From Trypanosoma brucei (taxonomy: Eukaryota): a stretch of 64,000 nt of DNA. Position numbers and translations under genes: made by a program. The stretch is taken from assembly GCA_000002445.1 (NCBI GenBank), contig CH464491.1, positions 2,720,001 to 2,784,000 on the forward strand, in the 5' to 3' direction. Shown here one piece after another: positions 60,218-64,000 of the stretch (its first letter is position 1; every line of letters begins with the position of its first letter). The notes below the pieces were generated by a model, which was not told where the DNA came from, ran no database searches, and saw only the letters and a list, made by a program, of their open reading frames with translations.

Positions 60218-61936
60218 ATGTTTCTCATCAGCTGGAATGTGGCGGGGTGGGGCTCCACAGCTCGTCTGATACGGAGCGACTTTGGTACCATCGCGGAATT
60301 TTTGCGCCACACACAAGCTGATATTGTATGTTTACAGGAGGTAAAGGGCTCGTGGCAGAAGCTGAAAGATGAGCCATATGCAATGGGCGCTGGTGACGGT
60401 AGGCCCGTGTCCGTCGAGGGATGGGAATCGTTTTGGTCCTTCAGTGGTAGAGGCCAGCGTGGCTTTAATGGCGTTGCGACATTTGCTCGCAAGGGGCTTA
60501 CGTGGTGGTGTGACTCACGACCTTTTATTGAGGCGGATGACAAGGAAGGCAACAGTAGCCCCGATGCAAGCGACAAAAAGACGAGCACTGTGGAGGAACT
60601 GCACGATGAGGGTCGTGTGCTGGTGACGGGCCACAGCGCCTTTGTATTGGTTAACACCTACGTTGTGAATGGACGCAACAGTCAGAGAATGGCATTCAAA
60701 ATGAGGTTCCTTTCATGCCTAAAGAGCCTTCTTGCACGGTTGAAGAAGGAAAACGGGAAACCTGTTATCTTGGTTGGAGACCTCAATATAACTTTTCGGG
60801 CGGAAGATTCGCACTGGTCCCAACGTCGCCTTGGTTTTCCCTCCTTCATGCGACTCGTTCATCTTGCACGAAGCCTCAGCAATGACGAGTGGAAGCAGAG
60901 CTATCCATATATTGGGCAAGATACGGTGTGCCACCTAGAGGGATACATTGCGGAACAAACATTGCAATTTCTTGTTGACGAAAGTGACGATCCGCACCCA
61001 AACGACGGAAGGTGTGCTCGCGTTGATAATCTGTTCTCAGGCCTTACAAAGGAATGCAAGACTACGGTCACCATTGATGGTAACCACTTGCTACAAGAAC
61101 TCGTACAGAAGGGTCGAGAGTTAAAGTATCATCAAAACAAGGGTAGTGGGGCGAGGGTAACGCTGTCGGAGTTGTGTGAGGCGGGTGTTACGAGTGTCTT
61201 TGCCAGTACACTCCTTCGAATGCAGCAGACGAACCACAATCGGGATATATTTGTTTTAGTGCAGTATTGTGGTTTGCCCTCGCACGATGAAGCAGGTGTG
61301 GAGTTCATGAAAGAGCTGCTGGTCGATTTGAACTTGCGTGACACAATGTTGGTGGGGCTTACTCCTGAGGCACTTAATGATGTTTGTCCGTGCCCGTACA
61401 CGTGCTGGGATCAATCGAAAAATAAACGAGTGGTAAACGAGGGTAATCGCATAGACTACATTTTGATTGATGCGTCGCTAGCGCCAAAATTGGCTCCATG
61501 CCGCGATACGGAGAATAACGTTGTCCGCACATTATCTGAGGGCATTGGACACGCGGGTGAAGACAACGGTAAGAAGGTGGTCGTGGACGGTTGTGAGAAC
61601 ACATCGTCACCCTTTTTCAGTGAGTTTGACGGTGCATCCCATTTGCTTGGCGTACAACGTACAGCGGGGCACGGGGCGTACCCCGCAGCAGCTATGGACG
61701 GTACAGGTCTTCCACCCCTAAAGAAGGAGGCGAGGGACCTGCAGTTTCGTGGACTTCCATCCACCGGCTTATTTGTAACACCACCTCAATACAGCGACCA
61801 TTGCGGCGTATGTGCGTACTTTCCGGATCTGTTGTTGGAACCCAGGCCCGCAAAGGTGAAGGAGATACACCCTTGTTTGTATCGACTTCCAGCATCTTTG
61901 GAATCGTTCTTCCAAAAGCGGCCAAGAAGTGAATAA
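60218..61936 (+). CDS. AP endonuclease of the exonuclease III / endonuclease-exonuclease-phosphatase family, with large insertions
   Basis: N-terminal ISWNVAGW...ADIVCLQEVK (APE1: SWNVDG...DILCLQETK), GVATFARKG, VNTYVVNG, VGDLNIT, NRIDYILID and the C-terminal YSDHCGV (the SDHCP catalytic His motif). The spacing between these motifs is much longer than in APE1/Xth. Confidence 0.8.
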   Translation: MFLISWNVAGWGSTARLIRSDFGTIAEFLRHTQADIVCLQEVKGSWQKLKDEPYAMGAGDGRPVSVEGWESFWSFSGRGQRGFNGVATFARKGLTWWCDSRPFIEADDKEGNSSPDASDKKTSTVEELHDEGRVLVTGHSAFVLVNTYVVNGRNSQRMAFKMRFLSCLKSLLARLKKENGKPVILVGDLNITFRAEDSHWSQRRLGFPSFMRLVHLARSLSNDEWKQSYPYIGQDTVCHLEGYIAEQTLQFLVDESDDPHPNDGRCARVDNLFSGLTKECKTTVTIDGNHLLQELVQKGRELKYHQNKGSGARVTLSELCEAGVTSVFASTLLRMQQTNHNRDIFVLVQYCGLPSHDEAGVEFMKELLVDLNLRDTMLVGLTPEALNDVCPCPYTCWDQSKNKRVVNEGNRIDYILIDASLAPKLAPCRDTENNVVRTLSEGIGHAGEDNGKKVVVDGCENTSSPFFSEFDGASHLLGVQRTAGHGAYPAAAMDGTGLPPLKKEARDLQFRGLPSTGLFVTPPQYSDHCGVCAYFPDLLLEPRPAKVKEIHPCLYRLPASLESFFQKRPRSE

Positions 61937-62365
61937 GATGCGAGCGTAGTATCAGGTGGTGGGGACACTCCCACTTGTTGAAGTGTGTGTCGAAATTTAA
62001 CATATGGAAGTAGGTGTGGCATCGACCTATCTAATACCCATTGGGGGGGGGGCGTCTGTGAAAGTCACTGCATGTGCCCAGCAGGCACCTCCGAAGGTAT
62101 CACCAGTGGTGTTTTCCTTTGCTCTGCACACTAATATTAATAATGGCTTCAAATTTTTTTTGCGTTTGTGGGTCTTTTTTGTAGGGGGAAAAGTTGCACT
62201 ACATTTCACTAAATGTACACAGTGCGATTTTTGTGTTGACTCGGCTCCCAACGTCCAGAAGTTTCTTGTGATTGCAGCGCAGCACTCCCCTTCAGTTCCT
62301 GAGGCGGTTTCTCGGTTCTCTTTCGCTTCTTTCTTTCGTCGGCTCTCATCATAAAAGTGGTTAGG

Positions 62366-64000
62366 ATGAACCGCGCTATCATTGCAGAGAAGGCTTCATT
62401 GGCCTCTGAGAGGGCGAAGGAGTTTATTTCCAGTGGTGGGAGTATCGTATCCCGCGCCCGCTCACTCGTCTCTGGCGATGCACAATTTTTTGCTGTGCAA
62501 CCAAAACCGGAAGACCTTAGGCGTCACCTCAATTCCGACTGTATTCACGAAAAAAGTGTTGCCATGAAGCGCATTATTGCACAGATGTGCAAGGGCTACG
62601 ACATGTCAACCTTCTTTGCGGATGTGGTGAAGAACATCCATTCCCCATCTGTAGAACTGAGAAAGCTGATTTACTTCTTCGTGACACATTACGCGGAGGA
62701 GCGACCAAATGAGGCGCTTCTCTCCATTTCAGCCTTTCAAAAGGACTTGATGGACCATAGTATGCACGTGCGTTCGTTAGCGTTGCGCATGTTAAGCGCC
62801 ATGCGGATACCGGCGATTCATACGCTTGTGATGGTTGCGGTGCAGAAATGTGCACTAGACACAGAGCCGCTGGTCCGAAAGACCGCAGCTATATCTCTTG
62901 CACAAGTTTACGCCGTCAACGGGTCCGAGGCGGATCTGGAGACGATATATTCTATCCTTCAGCAACTTCTAGCCGATAAAAATTCGGAAGTGGCTGCTGC
63001 AGCCGCACTTTCATTTGTGGAGATATGCCCCCATGAAGTAAGTTTCATCCACAAAGTCTACCGTAACCTGTGTCGTGTCATCGGTGACTGTGACGAGTGG
63101 GGGCAAGTGGTACTGATACACGTGTTGCTTCGCTACGCGCGAACACAGTTCTGTGACCCAAACGAACAGACTGGAAGACGCGAGCTGATAAGCGATTCAT
63201 CAGACGAAGCTGAACAAAGTAAAAAAAATAAGGAGAATGACAAGGAAGAGGGTGTAAATGATGCAAATGATGGAGAAAGCTCTTCCGAAACGACCTCTTC
63301 CTCCTCCTCCTCCTGGGACAGAAAAATGCTTGGCTTACGCCGAGGGGGGCCCAATGCAGCCATGCTTCTTGACTCTGATCACCGGCTGCTTCTTGACTCT
63401 GTGAAACCGCTTTTGATGAGCCTCAACAGCGCTGTTGTTGTGGCCGCTACCGCTGTTATTTGCCACTGTGGCCCCAAGGCGGACATGGACGCTTGCACTC
63501 TCCCACTACTTCGTTTGCTGGCGGGGCCTGACGAGCGGCACTCGGTCGTCCTCAGCACCATTCATACTATTGTACTGACACACGCAGAGCCTTTCGTGCC
63601 ATACATTAGGGAATTTTTCCTCATGCCACAAGATAAGAGGGAGATACGCATCCTCAAGCTGAGTATCATCTCTAAACTCGCTACGGCTAACAACTTCCCG
63701 GATCTCTTCCGCGAGTTTCGTCACTATACCCGCAGTTATCACGTGGAGCATGTGGTTGATGCTGTCAGGGGACTAGGCCTAATTGCTGTGCGACTTTCTT
63801 CGGTGTGTACGTCGCAGGTAATGAGGGTGGTGTTGCCTCTGTTGTCCCACAAGAATGCAGAGGTTGTGTCTGAGTCTATCAAGGTGTTGCAATTGCTCGT
63901 AGTACAGGGCAACAGCAGTGGGCGGCAAACTGCACGACTCGTATACCGTCTGTTGCAAAGGGTAATAAAGGGCGAGGTTACCAGCGACTCCGCCAAGGCC
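62366..64000 (+). CDS. AP3B: AP-3 adaptor complex beta subunit (adaptin N-terminal domain). The N-terminal 545 codons are shown; the ORF continues past the window end.
   Basis: I translated this frame by hand from the ATG at 62366 with no stop to position 64000. ...KSVAMKRIIAQMCKGYDMSTFFADVVKNIHSPSVELRKLIYFFVTHYAEERPNEALLSISAFQKDLMDHSMHVRSLALRMLSAMRIPAIHTLVMVAVQKCALDTEPLVRKTAAISLAQVY...CDEWGQVVLIHVLLRYARTQF matches the AP-3 beta N-terminus nearly motif for motif (AMKRI.A..AKG...S.LF.AVVKNV.S...E.KKLVY.YL..YAEE..D.ALLSISTFQ..L.D.N..IRA.ALRVLSSIR...I....AIK....D.SPYVRK.AA.A...LY...EEWGQVVI..MLTRYARTQF). Confidence 0.85.
   Translation, partial: MNRAIIAEKASLASERAKEFISSGGSIVSRARSLVSGDAQFFAVQPKPEDLRRHLNSDCIHEKSVAMKRIIAQMCKGYDMSTFFADVVKNIHSPSVELRKLIYFFVTHYAEERPNEALLSISAFQKDLMDHSMHVRSLALRMLSAMRIPAIHTLVMVAVQKCALDTEPLVRKTAAISLAQVYAVNGSEADLETIYSILQQLLADKNSEVAAAAALSFVEICPHEVSFIHKVYRNLCRVIGDCDEWGQVVLIHVLLRYARTQFCDPNEQTGRRELISDSSDEAEQSKKNKENDKEEGVNDANDGESSSETTSSSSSSWDRKMLGLRRGGPNAAMLLDSDHRLLLDSVKPLLMSLNSAVVVAATAVICHCGPKADMDACTLPLLRLLAGPDERHSVVLSTIHTIVLTHAEPFVPYIREFFLMPQDKREIRILKLSIISKLATANNFPDLFREFRHYTRSYHVEHVVDAVRGLGLIAVRLSSVCTSQVMRVVLPLLSHKNAEVVSESIKVLQLLVVQGNSSGRQTARLVYRLLQRVIKGEVTSDSAKA

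Noticed and set aside
1-64000. Search for retroelements (ingi/RIME, SLACS/CZAR, L1Tc, VIPER), RHS/trans-sialidase/VSG-type multigene family members, tRNA or rRNA genes
   Set aside because: No reverse-transcriptase (YxDD), endonuclease or integrase motifs in any frame. No tRNA-like cloverleaf segments or rDNA-like stretches recognised by eye. The gene content is core housekeeping, not subtelomeric. Small ncRNAs cannot be excluded without covariance-model searches.

Overview
This window reads as nuclear DNA from a kinetoplastid, probably Trypanosoma (about 50% GC, long ORFs, microsatellite-rich intergenic spacers). All 27 confident coding regions lie on the + strand, separated by spacers with polypyrimidine tracts followed by AG and many (TA)n/(GT)n repeats. 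That is the signature of one directional polycistronic transcription unit. No strand-switch region, tRNA, rRNA, retroelement or prokaryote-style defence or mobile island is visible. Recognisable products are: GlcNAc-1-P transferase (ALG7); the COQ5/UbiE methyltransferase; GINS Psf2; a TFIIS-type zinc-ribbon RNA polymerase subunit; a UTP21/WDR36-like WD40 protein; an arrestin-domain protein; a Ser/Thr kinase fused to a ZZ/C2HC zinc-finger module; an eIF4G-like MIF4G protein with a polyQ tract; a COG2-like protein; an RbfA-like (mitochondrial) protein; a protein with two tandem degenerate kinase-like domains; an insertion-rich ExoIII/APE-family AP endonuclease; and the N-terminal portion of an AP-3 beta adaptin that runs off the window end. 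The rest are conserved hypotheticals (coiled-coil, HEAT-like, repeat-containing). Every minus-strand ORF in the track overlaps a + strand gene or low-complexity spacer and is judged spurious. The most novel-looking items are the tandem pseudokinase-like gene, the ZZ-finger kinase, the large hypothetical with a C-terminal Cys/His cluster, and the long intergenic gaps that could hold unannotated small RNAs. All identifications come from reading motifs by eye and need HMM or BLAST confirmation.
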